Assembly (NCBI RefSeq): GCF_001194135.2
Contig: NC_068982.1
Location: 192,392,089 to 192,427,564, forward strand
Direction: 5' to 3'
Length of the DNA: 35,476 nt
Origin: Octopus bimaculoides
Lineage: Eukaryota
Shown here: piece by piece, positions 11,716 to 22,300 of the stretch
How positions within the stretch are numbered: the first letter of the stretch is position 1
Layout: every line of letters begins with the position of its first letter
Translations under genes and position numbers: made by a program
Notes under the pieces: generated by a model
The model's database searches: none
Seen by the model: only the letters and a program-made list of their open reading frames with translations
What the model was told of the DNA's origin: nothing

Positions 11716-12129
11716 CCTTACACACTACATCAAATTCAAATAGAAACTTGTTGCCCATTCAGAAATGTTTGAGACATATTTTATCCTGTAAGAAGGTCAT
11801 TCACAGCGTTTTGTCATGGAGAAATATTTTTGCTGTTGGCAAATAGGTGTAAACACACCATAGTCAGTTTGAAGTAGCCTCTATCCAGGTTGATGGATGC
11901 ATGCATTTTGATGTAGTCATCTTCTCATCAGCATCGAATACTTCAAAAGAGAGACAACTTTGAACTGACTAAGAGACTACGTCTCTCTTAGAATCCAATC
12001 CAAATACTTTGACTGGTGATGCTAACTGATTGGTGGCTGTAGTAAAGTACAGATTAGAATTGCTAAGCAGTGACTGATATAAAAATAAACTTGTTGCCAC
12101 CATTTCACAGAGCAAGGGATCCTTTCAAA

Positions 12130-12530
12130 CGCTTTCTCCAGATTGACGATGGTTTCGTGCAATGGCTTACTTTTTGCTAAACATTTCTCCTGCAGTTAGA
12201 GACCATCAGTAGTAGTTCTCCTTTGCCCAAAACCAAACTATATCTCATCTAACCTAATTCTCTTCTTAATTGGGCTATAACTTTTTCCATAACTTGCATG
12301 ATCTGGTCTAGCAACCTGATATCTCTGTAATCCTATCTAGGGTATCTCCTTTACCCTTGTAACAGTTGACTATAAGGCTGCTATGTCAATCATTGGGTAT
12401 GAGATCTCCTTGTACAACTTGATAAATTATATGGGTAACTAGGCTATATCCTACTTCACTAGATATTTTAAGCATCTCAAAGGTAATTCCCAATGGATGA
12501 GGAGCTTTTCCTGACTTCACATCCTTAATA
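12130..12530 (-). mobile_element. Degenerate RTE RT N-terminal fragment
   Basis: Reverse strand gives IKDVKSGKA...IVNCYKGKGDTLD.DYRDIRLLDQIMQVMEKVIAQL, homologous to 16125-16200. Confidence 0.75.
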
Positions 12531-12679
12531 TGTGTTTATATAAATATGTATATATAAATATATATATATATAATAAAGGTGAAAAATTGAGTAACCAAAT
12601 TTGGTTATAGTTATGTTATATATATGTGTGTGTATACATGTATATACATATATATGTGTGTATATCAATACAAATATAT

Positions 12680-13340
12680 GTTATCATCATTAATGTCTAT
12701 TTTCCATACTAGCATGGTTAGGACAGTTCAACAGGAGTTGGTGAAGCAAAGGACTACGTGAAAATCCTGTCTGTTTTGGCATGGTCTCTATGGCTAGATG
12801 CCCTTCCTAACACTAACCACTTTACAGATTGTACTAGTTGGCTTTTATGCGGTACCAGTGAGGTCACCAAGTAATGTTACAGGAAAGAAGGTGAATATAA
12901 GAGGTTGAGAGGATTGGACAGGGTGAGTGAATATGGATAGAGGGAAATACAATGAGTGGTGAACACAGGTGGAGGTGTGGTCAGTTGTGAAGGGAAAGTA
13001 GAGGAAGTGGGAGTGGGTAGTGAGGTGATAGGTGACAGTACACATGAGCTGAAGTGTTTGGGGGTGGGGTGTGAGAAAAAGCTGTACGGTGCCAAGGATG
13101 AAATCAAAAGTATGTATGGGTAGAAATAATAGATGTACAGAGGTAGGTTGGGTGACTGCCACTGGCAAAATGAAGGGGTGTATAGGGAGAAAAGGGAGGT
13201 AAAAGTGACATTCAATGGAAAATAAGGTGGTAAAGAATGATACTGAGTACAGTCCCATTTGCTTAGATGGACATGTCTTCTCTAGCACAGCAAATTGTTA
13301 ATTATCTTGATCTTTTGTCATCTCTACCTTGAGTTTCAAC
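12680..13340 (-). mobile_element. RTE 3' end: ORF stop, pyrimidine-rich UTR, shared tail
   Basis: Reverse strand AVLEKTCPSK* near 13255-13295, then a pyrimidine-rich UTR and the tail core GGAAGGGCATCTAGCCATAGAGACC. Confidence 0.8.
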
Positions 13341-13349
13341 ATCCAGAGG

Positions 13350-14310
13350 TCATCATCATCATCCATTAATGTCCGTTGTCCATGTTGGCATGGGTTGGAT
13401 GGTTTGATCTGAGCTGGGAAGCTGCACCAGACTCCAGTTTGATTTGGCATGGTTTCTATGATTGGATGCCCTTCCTAGCACCAACCATTTTACAGAGTGT
13501 GTTGGGTGCTTTAACATGGCACTGCTTAGGCACTTTTATGTGGCACCACATGGGTGCCTATTATGTGACACCATCCCAAGTCTTCTTGGGTCTTCCTCTT
13601 CCACACTTCTTCATGCTGCTGTCCTCATCCTTACACATCACCTGATCAAACCAGCACAGTCTTCTCTCTTGCATACAACATCTGATGTCTCTTATGTACA
13701 ATTTTTCTCTCAACGCATTTACACATTGTTGTACATGCACAATAACATTGCACATCCAGTGGACCATGCTGACTTCATTTCTTTGTAACCTCTAAATGTT
13801 CTCCACATTCATAGAGCATGTTTCGCTACCATGTAGCTAAGCAGTTCATGCACAAACAATCTGCCTTTCACTCTGAAAGGCCCTTTGTTACCAACAGAAG
13901 TAATAGCTCTCTGAACTTTTATCATCCTCTTCTTATTCTAATTACTGTGCTTTCAGAGCATCCCTCTCCACTGCTAATTTGGTTACCTAAGTAACAGAAA
14001 TGATCTACTACCTCTAAGGATCCCCCTTAGTATTTGGGGAAATTTACTTCCTGTACGTTTTTAGTGTTTATTGTTCTTGTACATCTGCCACACACATAAA
14101 CTACTTTCTCTGTTAAACTCTGTCAACTTCTATCTAAATTCACCAATGCTGTACTCATTGCTGACTCTCACCTTACTGACAACATTCTTGTACATTGCCT
14201 ATATGACTCCCATAAGCTATTTGTCTACCCTGAGCTTCCCCAGGGACCACCATACCACTGAGTAATGGCACTTTCAAAGGCTTCGTTTTTCTGGATAAAG
14301 TGAAATGCCT
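13350..14310 (-). mobile_element. Dominant RTE copy with internal deletions
   Basis: ORF 13561-13767: LREKLYIRDIRCCMQERRLCWFDQVM...GRGRPKKTWDGV. VWWSLGKLRVDK near 14230 and VCGRCT near 14080. (CAT)n tail at 13350. Confidence 0.85.
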
Positions 14311-15731
14311 CCAGCAATTCAGCTTGGAAAAGTATATTAATGTGCCAAATTTAAAAATTTTCAATAAACTTTAAATTTTGGAATGCTGGCAGCCAAACCA
14401 ACTAGATCCCCTATTTTTTTCTATCTTCAATCGCATTGTTTACGTAAACATATTCATATAAAAAACGTAACTTTCAGGGCTGGCTCTGAATTCTATTGAA
14501 AATCTGTAGTGATAAACTTAGAAATGAGAACATTGCACTGCTAACACAGTTACGAACCTTTAACATACTTGTTAGTATGTTATGGTTGCAAAATGAGATC
14601 CTGTGTCCTTGCTAGCAATTAATAATTACTAATTAATAAGGTTTTAAAGAAATAAAGCATTTTTTAGTTTCAACTTGCCGTTGGTCATTACCTGAGACTG
14701 CTTTTTATCAGTGAAGCAAAGGCCATGGCTGGCTCTACCACTGAAGTATCTTTTACTCTCTCTCTCTCTCTTTATCTCTGATTCAGTTTTGTCATGTATA
14801 TTTTTGAGAACTGGTAAAATAAGCCCCATGTAATATCTCAGGCTTATTCCCACCTCTAAAAATTATTAAGAATAACCGATGCCAGCATGTTATATGACGA
14901 TGATGAGTGTTGGACTTTATAAGATTTAGTTTTGTCTTAATAATTATTTGTTAAATGCAATTATTTCATTTAGGAATTAAATTTTTTCAATTCTATTTTC
15001 TGATCAAATTTTATTTTCAAATAATATTTTTATTATGTAGGAATTACCAATCATTTATAATTTTTTAATATTAAATTTCTCAATTCGAAATGTTTCGTAC
15101 ACTCAAACAAAGGGGGGGGGGGTGGTGTTGGGGTTCAAAATTCAATAAAAAGCTGAAATTCTTTATTTATTGAAATCCAAATTCTACTTTGTTTACTTTT
15201 CTCTGTGTTTAAGTCAATTTTCTCTTCCAGCTACAAATGTAGGTTTGTATCATCATCAACATCATTGTTTTACATTTACTATCTATGCTGACATTTTAGT
15301 TATATTGATTTTATATGTCAGACTGAACCAATCCCATCCATCATATCTGTTTGTATGTAGATGTCGGTTTTTACAATGAATGATCATTGTAAAACTAGTG
15401 AAATGACCACAAAACTCAATATGGGTACTCTACCTAAGTGTGCTCACTAATTCAACATTGACCTCACCGTAATGTTTTAATTTCAATCAATATTTTGATG
15501 AGCTACATTGTCCACAGTAATGAATTATTACAGCAGTCAAAGCATCATCCAAGAATCTGCTAAACATAATTCTCATCTTCCTCCATACTTACAGAGAAAC
15601 GAAATTATTTCTTAGTTTCACTCACAATACTCTATTTACTAGAATTTCCTTTTTAAGGAATAAAGAAAATGAGTTGTGATAGCCTTTTCCTAATCATCTA
15701 ACAGCACCTACCTCTCTATCCTTTATAATAT

Positions 15732-15948
15732 TTGGTTTCAAACTTTAGCACAAGATTAGCAATTTCAAGGACGGGTCCAGGTCAATTACCTCAACCCCAG
15801 TATTCAACTGGTACTTATTTTATTGACCCCCAAAAGGATGAAAGGCAAAGTTAACTGTGGCAGAATTTAAACTCACAATGTAAAGATGGTCAAAACACTT
15901 AACAGCATTTTGTCCGGTGTACTAACCATTCTGCTAGCTTTGCTGCTT
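15732..15948 (-). mobile_element. tRNA-derived SINE (second family)
   Basis: Collinear with 8212-8426. Confidence 0.85.
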
Positions 15949-16116
15949 TTCTTTTTTTTATAATATTGGAGATGGGGGGTGGGGGGGTTTATTCTAACAT
16001 AAATGGTAGCTATGATGAGTTTTCCTTGATTTTTAAAAATTTCTCCATGTTTGACCTCTAAATTTAGATTTACAACTTTTTATCTTTTATCACCAGGAAA
16101 ATATTTGGAATATATA

Positions 16117-17614
16117 CAAATAATTACAGAGGCATCAAGCTGTTAGATCAGGTTATGAAAGTTACAGAGAGGGTCATAGCCCAACTAATTAGGGAGCGAA
16201 TCAATTTAGATGAGATGCAGTTTGGGTTCGTGCCAGGTAAAAGCACCACTGATGCCATATTTCTAGTGAGACAGCTGCAGGAGAAATACCTAACCAAGGA
16301 TAAACCTCTGTACCTGGCTTTCGTTGACATGGAGAAAGCCTTTGACAGGGTCCCCTGATCCCTTATCTGGTGGTCAATGAGGAAACTTGGGATAGAAGAA
16401 TGGTTNNNNNNNNNNNNNNNNNNNNNNNNNNNNNNNNNNNNNNNNNNNNNNNNNNNNNNNNNNNNNNNNNNNNNNNNNNNNNNNNNNNNNNNNNNNNNNN
16501 NNNNNNNNNNNNNNNNNNNNNNNNNNNNNNNNNNNNNNNNNNNNNNNNNNNNNNNNNNNNNNNNNNNNNNNNNNNNNNNNNNNNNNNNNNNNNNNNNNNN
16601 NNNNNNNNNNNNNNNNNNNNNNNNNNNNNNNNNNNNNNNNNNNNNNNNNNNNNNNNNNNNNNNNNNNNNNNNNNNNNNNNNNNNNNNNNNNNNNNNNNNN
16701 NNNNNNNNNNNNNNNNNNNNNNNNNNNNNNNNNNNNNNNNNNNNNNNNNNNNNNNNNNNNNNNNNNNNNNNNNNNNNNNNNNNNNNNNNNNNNNNNNNNN
16801 NNNNNNNNNNNNNNNNNNNNNNNNNNNNNNNNNNNNNNNNNNNNNNNNNNNNNNNNNNNNNNNNNNNNNNNNNNNNNNNNNNNNNNNNNNNNNNNNNNNN
16901 NNNNNNNNNNNNNNNNNNNNNNNNNNNNNNNNNNNNNNNNNNNNNNNNNNNNNNNNNNNNNNNNNNNNNNNNNNNNNNNNNNNNNNNNNNNNNNNNNNNN
17001 NNNNNNNNNNNNNNNNNNNNNNNNNNNNNNNNNNNNNNNNNNNNNNNNNNNNNNNNNNNNNNNNNNNNNNNNNNNNNNNNNNNNNNNNNNNNNNNNNNNN
17101 NNNNNNNNNNNNNNNNNNNNNNNNNNNNNNNNNNNNNNNNNNNNNNNNNNNNNNNNNNNNNNNNNNNNNNNNNNNNNNNNNNNNNNNNNNNNNNNNNNNN
17201 NNNNNNNNNNNNNNNNNNNNNNNNNNNNNNNNNNNNNNNNNNNNNNNNNNNNNNNNNNNNNNNNNNNNNNNNTGACCGAGACCTTTGGAAATGTGCTGTG
17301 CGTGAGAAGACCCGGCAAGCCAAGTAAGATCGTTGCCAGTGCCCCTGGACTGGCTTGTGCGGGTGGCACATAAAAGACACCATTTCGAGCGTGGCCGTTG
17401 CCAGTATCGCCTGACTGGCCTTCGTGCAGGTGACACGTAAAAGCACCTACTACACTCTCTGATTGGTTGGCATTAGGAAGGGCATCCAGCTGTAGAAACT
17501 CTGCCAAATTTAGATTGGAGCTTGGTGTTGCCATCCGGTTTCACCAGTCCTCAGTCAAATCGTCCAACCCATGCTAGCATGGAAAGCGGACGTTAAACGA
17601 TGATGATGATGATG
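16117..17614 (+). mobile_element. Young 5'-truncated dominant-family RTE LINE spanning an assembly gap
   Basis: NYRGIKLLDQVMKVTERV...MQFGFVPGKSTTDAIF...FVDMEKAFDRVP before the gap, and DRDLWKCAVREKTRQAK* plus tail and (ATG)n after it. Confidence 0.95.
16406..17272. other. Assembly gap (N run)
   Basis: Contiguous n characters. Confidence 1.
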
Positions 17615-17649
17615 GTATGCAAACAAGATAGGCATCTACAATCAGAATG

Positions 17650-17880
17650 AAAAGCATCATACAATTTGCCTTTCACTCCGAGGAAGAGGCCCTTTGTTAC
17701 CAACAAAGGTAGCAGCTCTCTAAACTTTGCTCAGCCTTTTCTTATTCTATCAGCTATGTCCTCAGAGCAGTCATCTCCACTGGTGAATTGGTCACCTAGA
17801 TAATGGAAGCTACCTACTACTTCTCACTTGTGTCCCTTCTAACATTTGATGGGGTCTATTTTCTGGAGGGAAATGTAGGG
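17650..17880 (-). mobile_element. Degenerate RTE fragment (thumb region)
   Basis: Reverse strand KFRELLPLLVTKGLFLGVKGKLYDA, homologous to 2750-2860 and 13860-13990. Confidence 0.8.
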
Positions 17881-17890
17881 GTACATAAGG

Positions 17891-17916
17891 GTGTGTGTGT
17901 GTGTGTATGATGATGA

Positions 17917-17980
<64 letters not shown>
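17891..17980. repeat. Compound microsatellite (GT)8 (ATG)4 (AT)~31
   Basis: Direct reading. Confidence 0.95.
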
Positions 17981-17981
<1 letters not shown>

Positions 17982-17986
<5 letters not shown>

Positions 17987-18226
17987 ATATGGAGAGTCAT
18001 TCTCTTTTAGTGCCTTATTATTTAACACACTCACCTGTTTGATTTCCACCCATTTACTTACTTATTTTTTCTAAAATTTTCGTTGTGTCTTGTAACTTTT
18101 TCAATAAAAGTTACAAAATGCAACAAAAATTTTAGAAAAAAAAAAAGAAGTAAATGAGTGGAGATTGAACTGGTGAGTGTGTTAAATAATAAGGCACTAA
18201 AAGAGAATGACTCTCTCCAGATACAA
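17982..18226. mobile_element. About 245-bp foldback palindrome (MITE-like)
   Basis: The two arms are near-exact reverse complements (GAGAGTCATTCTCTTTTAGTGCCTTATTATTTAACACACTCACC ... GGTGAGTGTGTTAAATAATAAGGCACTAAAAGAGAATGACTCTC) around a 5-nt loop at 18101-18105. Confidence 0.85.
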
Positions 18227-18414
18227 TGAAATATGCTTTAACACACGAATTCACATGAATCTTGCAAATCAAATACAAAAATGAAATATATATATGTTGT
18301 AAAAGCTGGTACCTCACATTTGGTTATTTTAATTTCATGTTGAGGATCTTTAGACTAGTTGATGAATTCTTGTGCATTAGCTTATATGAGTCTTATTACT
18401 TGCTTAAAAGTTGA

Positions 18415-19365
18415 TGGGAAATACAAGTATGGAGAGGTGGCCGTGTTGGAAAGATCTTCTCAAGGACAGCAAATCACCAATCATCTCAATCTTTTGTCAT
18501 CTCCTCTGTAATGCTCAGCATCTTGGGATCAACCTTCACCACTTCATCCTGTCTTCCTGGCTCCCCCTCTTTTGCAAGTTTCATCCACTGTTAAGCAACT
18601 GGTACTTCTTTAAGCTGCTGTTCTTATCCATATGCATCACATGATCAAACCAACACAGTCTTTTCTCTTGCATACTGCATACATCTGATTCCTCTTATAC
18701 CCAATTCTTCTCTTGGCACTTTTGCACTTTGTTGTACATGCACACTGATGTTCATTTCTCTCTAGTATTTGTCCACTGCATTCAGGGCACATTTCATTAC
18801 CATGGGCAAGAAAGGCCTTTTTTTTACCAACAGAAGTAATAGCTCTCTGAACTTTCTCCTTCTAGCAACTACACTATCCAAACATCTTCTTCCACAGCTA
18901 ATTAAGCCATCTAGGTAACAGAAACTATCTACTACATTTAAGGAATATCCTCAGCATTTGAGAAACTCTATTTCCCATGTGTTCTCAATGTTCATTACTC
19001 TTGCATATCTTCCACATACAAACACTATTTTTCTTGTTAACCTTTCTGTGATTCCACTGCACCTCTTGTGTGTCCCTAGCTTTCATTGGGTATACTGTAC
19101 GGAATTCTTGCTTACACCTTTCCTACCTATCAAGCAGGGTTATTTACCTGAAGGAATTAGCATCTTGTCTGTTTTCCTGCTCACTAGAACTTTGGTCTTT
19201 GTTAAGTTAACTTTAAGCCCCTTCAGTTCCAGGTTTTGCTTCCACTCCTGGAATTTCTTTTCTAATTTTACAACAGATTCCACTGTGGGGGTGAGATCAT
19301 CATTGTACAATAGTTCTCAGGAGCAGCTGGTTTTAAATATTTCTGTTATGGCCTAGAAGACAATG
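18415..19365 (-). mobile_element. Degenerate dominant RTE copy (RT core to C-terminus)
   Basis: Reverse strand: AITEIFKTSCS*ELLYNDDL (YADD-derived), KGLKVNLTKTKVL, PHD-like block, then C-terminal homology. Confidence 0.85.
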
Positions 19366-19686
19366 TAAGAGAGGACAGAGCCTTCTTGTGCTCTATCTAT
19401 TACAATGATTTTCCCTCTTGACATAAAGGATACAATATCTGGGGATGTGACATGAATGTTAATGTGTACAGATTGAAGTGGTTCCAATTAGGAACAACAA
19501 TTTAGCTGCTAAGTTGGGTCATCAGAAACTTATTTTATGCCATAATGAGTGAAGAATAGCCTGTTGTTGGTTACAGGTTGTCAGTAGACCCAATCCCCTA
19601 ATTCACCAGATTTGTGATAATGAAATTGATAAAAGGTGCAAATAACTTCATTATTTTTAAAGCACTTCTTTTTGTTTTCCTTGCAG

Positions 19687-19757
19687 ATGTTTATATCCTT
19701 CATTAATATTAATTGATAAAAGTTATGTAGCAAACTCACAAGAAGCGGAGAGAGAAC
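19687..19757 (+). other. Possible 71-nt exon (weak)
   Basis: Acceptor CTTCTTTTTGTTTTCCTTGCAG| and donor |GTAAGT, with one open frame (CLYPSLILIDKSYVANSQEAERE). No homology recognised. Confidence 0.25.
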
Positions 19758-20520
19758 GTAAGTTCGTTTGCCCGAACATGAGAAATTATTGATTTCTCTT
19801 TGGTTAAGAATTACTGCCCATATACGAATTATGAACTTCGTTGAAGAAATCTTTCACGGGGTTACGGTTCTATGATTCGTGTATGAGTAGTTATAAAAAC
19901 CCTGATTTTCGGCAAAATCCCCAGTGTTCGTTGGTTGCCACTAAAGTCCACGACACTCACCCTTTTGAGTATAGGCTAATATATATGCCATGTTCAATAC
20001 TCAAATCCGACAATATTGAATTGTCGTGAAACCTTATTAGTTAGAATGAGAAACTAGTTAATAATAAATTTAAGTCGTAAATTCTCTACGACGAAATGAC
20101 TTGTTTCTAAATTTCTATAAATGTAAAAAATATGTATATAATAAATTAATGTAGAAACTTAATTCCTTTTACTTCTCGTTTCTTTTAACTTGTTGAATTT
20201 ATTTCTGTATATTAATGAAACTATTTTTTTTATGTGTAACGGTCAAAAAAATATAATCTAAATCTTCAACATACATGCACGTAATGAATGTACGTTCAGC
20301 ATCTTGGTATGATACATCATAACTTTTACGCAGCCTAAACTAAGAGTTATGTTTAGTGATAAATACTTATAATTAAGTTATAAGTAACGAGATTATCATT
20401 ATAGCTTTCAATTAAATAAACAATAATATTTGTTATAACTTACGAATGTAAACATTGAAAATAAAGATATAGTATATCTCACACTTCAACGACCTGTTGT
20501 GATAACCCAAAACCAACATA
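19740..20520. promoter_or_regulatory. CpG-retaining island, candidate promoter
   Basis: About 17 CpG in 19740-20100 by eye versus about 2-3 in the preceding 900 bp of old LINE. Confidence 0.5.
19961..19991 (-). CDS. Candidate first coding exon, MAYILAYTQK + phase-1 intron
   Basis: AACATGGCA start context, 31 nt open, consensus donor AGG|GTGAGT, inside a CpG island. Downstream exons not identified. Confidence 0.4.
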
Positions 20521-20647
20521 AAACAACTGGTGTCCGACCTGTTATTAACATAAAAGTTACATACTTAATTACATATAAAAACAAATGCTACAAGCTTCCA
20601 CATAGTTGTTTTTTTTTTTATTTTGCTTCCCTGTTAAATAATATTAC

Positions 20648-22000
20648 TCAAGGAACACCATTTCAGTTGCTTGTATTCGTTGATCATACACTTTCAATCA
20701 TTACTCAACATTCATGACCATAGTTGAGGAGAGGCAAAAAAGCCAAACTGAAGTGAAGATAGTAAATTTGGTTTGTTTCCCTAAGCCCTTCTCTTCTGAT
20801 GATCGAATGTTGGAACTGGTGCATTACTGTGCCAGTACCTGCAATTCAGCCTCTTGCTTGTAAATATGGCCACAAGATACTTGAACTTCTCTTGTGTTGG
20901 TGATGCTCCACTAACATGCAGAATACACTGAGAAGACTTTCTCCAGAGGACCAGTGTCACGGTCTTCACAGTGCTAATTCTCATCCCTACCTTGAAGTAC
21001 TCAGCAGCGAACCCATTCAGTGCATGTTGAAGGTCACATTCTGATGAGCCAAGTAACACCATGTCTTTAAATATCAGCCGACAGAGCCTTAACCCACTGA
21101 TTGTGATACCACTATTGCAGTGGCTGAGCATGTTGATCTCATTTACAAAAATTGTTAAAAGGACAAATAACATACACACCCCTACCTATGTTAAAAGGCT
21201 ACAACTTAGCACCATTTACCATACACAAATATCAAGGCATTTATATAGGAGCTTCATGGCAACCAGAAGATGCACAATAATCCCCATACACTTTTCTGAG
21301 GTCTACAAGCAAAGCAAATACATCTTGGCAAAATTCCCATGATTTCTCAAAGATCTGCCATAATGTGACGATCTGGCCAGTTGTGCTGCATCCAGGAAAG
21401 AAGCCACATATTTCTTCAGTGAGTTCAGGCTAGACAACCTTCCTACGTCTCTTTTCCAGACACCTAGCTTAGACTTCACTGGGAAGGCTCAACAAGGAGA
21501 TTCCTGCATAATTAGAGCATTCTCTCTTTCTCTTGTCTCCCTTTTTTTAAAAATTGGTCTTATCACCTGAGATTGCCATTGTTATGGTGTCTCTCCAGAG
21601 ATCTTAGCCACTGGGCACATACTTGTCAGCCATCAAATAGCTTTTCTTTTCAAGACTTTTAATGTTTAGGGTTGCATTTCATCCTCTCCAGCAGCCTTGC
21701 TATGTTTAAGCACTTCAATTCCATTTATGACTTCAGCCTCTTTGAAGGAAGTCTTCACTCTTAGGTGTACCTTGTGTCTACCAGAAGACTTAATTGTAAC
21801 AGGGTTTAGATCCTCTCGATGATTCTCTTCTCTGTAGGGAGAAGAACTCCAGACACTATGTGTGGAAGAGGGCTTCTTGTTACAGTAGACGGGCAGCCAG
21901 AATCTGTTATTGGCTGATCTGAAGCCAGAGCCCCATTTGACCCCCAAAACCCTCCCATGGCTTAGTCTTGGATACTTTTACTCTCTCTGCGGCAACTTTT
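20648..22000 (-). mobile_element. Expander/Rex3-like RTE, inverted 5' segment (linker + RT)
   Basis: Reverse strand: KTKPWEGFG..GFRSANNRFW, PIFKKGDKRECSNYAGISLLSLP, CFVDLRK, DLQHALNGFAAEYFKVGMRIS, EKFKYL, NYGHEC*VM..SRIQATEMVFL. Confidence 0.85.
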
Positions 22001-22009
22001 TGCACCTCA

Positions 22010-22300
22010 GTGTGCCAAAGGATATGTCAGGCAGAGATCAAGGAATCTTGAGAGGCTGAGGTTCTACCTCTCAGCATTGAGATGTCACAGCTATGGTACT
22101 TTGGACATGTGATTAGAATGTCATAAGAATCAATCACAAGGTGGATTCTTTAAGTGCCAACCAGCATGAAACCTAGAACGAGATGGCTAAATAATTTCCA
22201 TAGTCTCGGTTGTACTTGGGAATCTAACTGGAAGATCTAATGACAGTTACTTCTAATAGGACCCTATGGAGATGATGCCATGACCCAGTGGGCACAGGTG
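22010..22300 (+). mobile_element. Expander/Rex3-like RTE, sense 3' segment
   Basis: EIKES*EAEVLPLSIEMSQLWYFGHVIRM...KPRTRWLN (cf. IERSQLRWFGHVxRM...GRPRTRW). Confidence 0.75.

Noticed and set aside
11750-12000. Possible DNA-transposase relic (VFDADEK... on - strand)
   Set aside because: Resemblance to pogo or piggyBac catalytic motifs is too weak and ambiguous to call.
14692-14740. Possible - strand exon (donor CAG|GTAATG, phase-compatible with the 19961 exon)
   Set aside because: The acceptor is weak, two frames are open, an alternative + strand exon overlaps it, and no homology was recognised.
14899-15003. Possible C/D snoRNA (ATGATGA ... CTGA)
   Set aside because: The terminal stem is only 3 bp and the interior is low-complexity AT with no recognisable rRNA-complementary guide.
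16148-17534. Long ORFs of 300-430 aa in the track (also 30607-31538)
   Set aside because: They are artefacts of reading through N runs.
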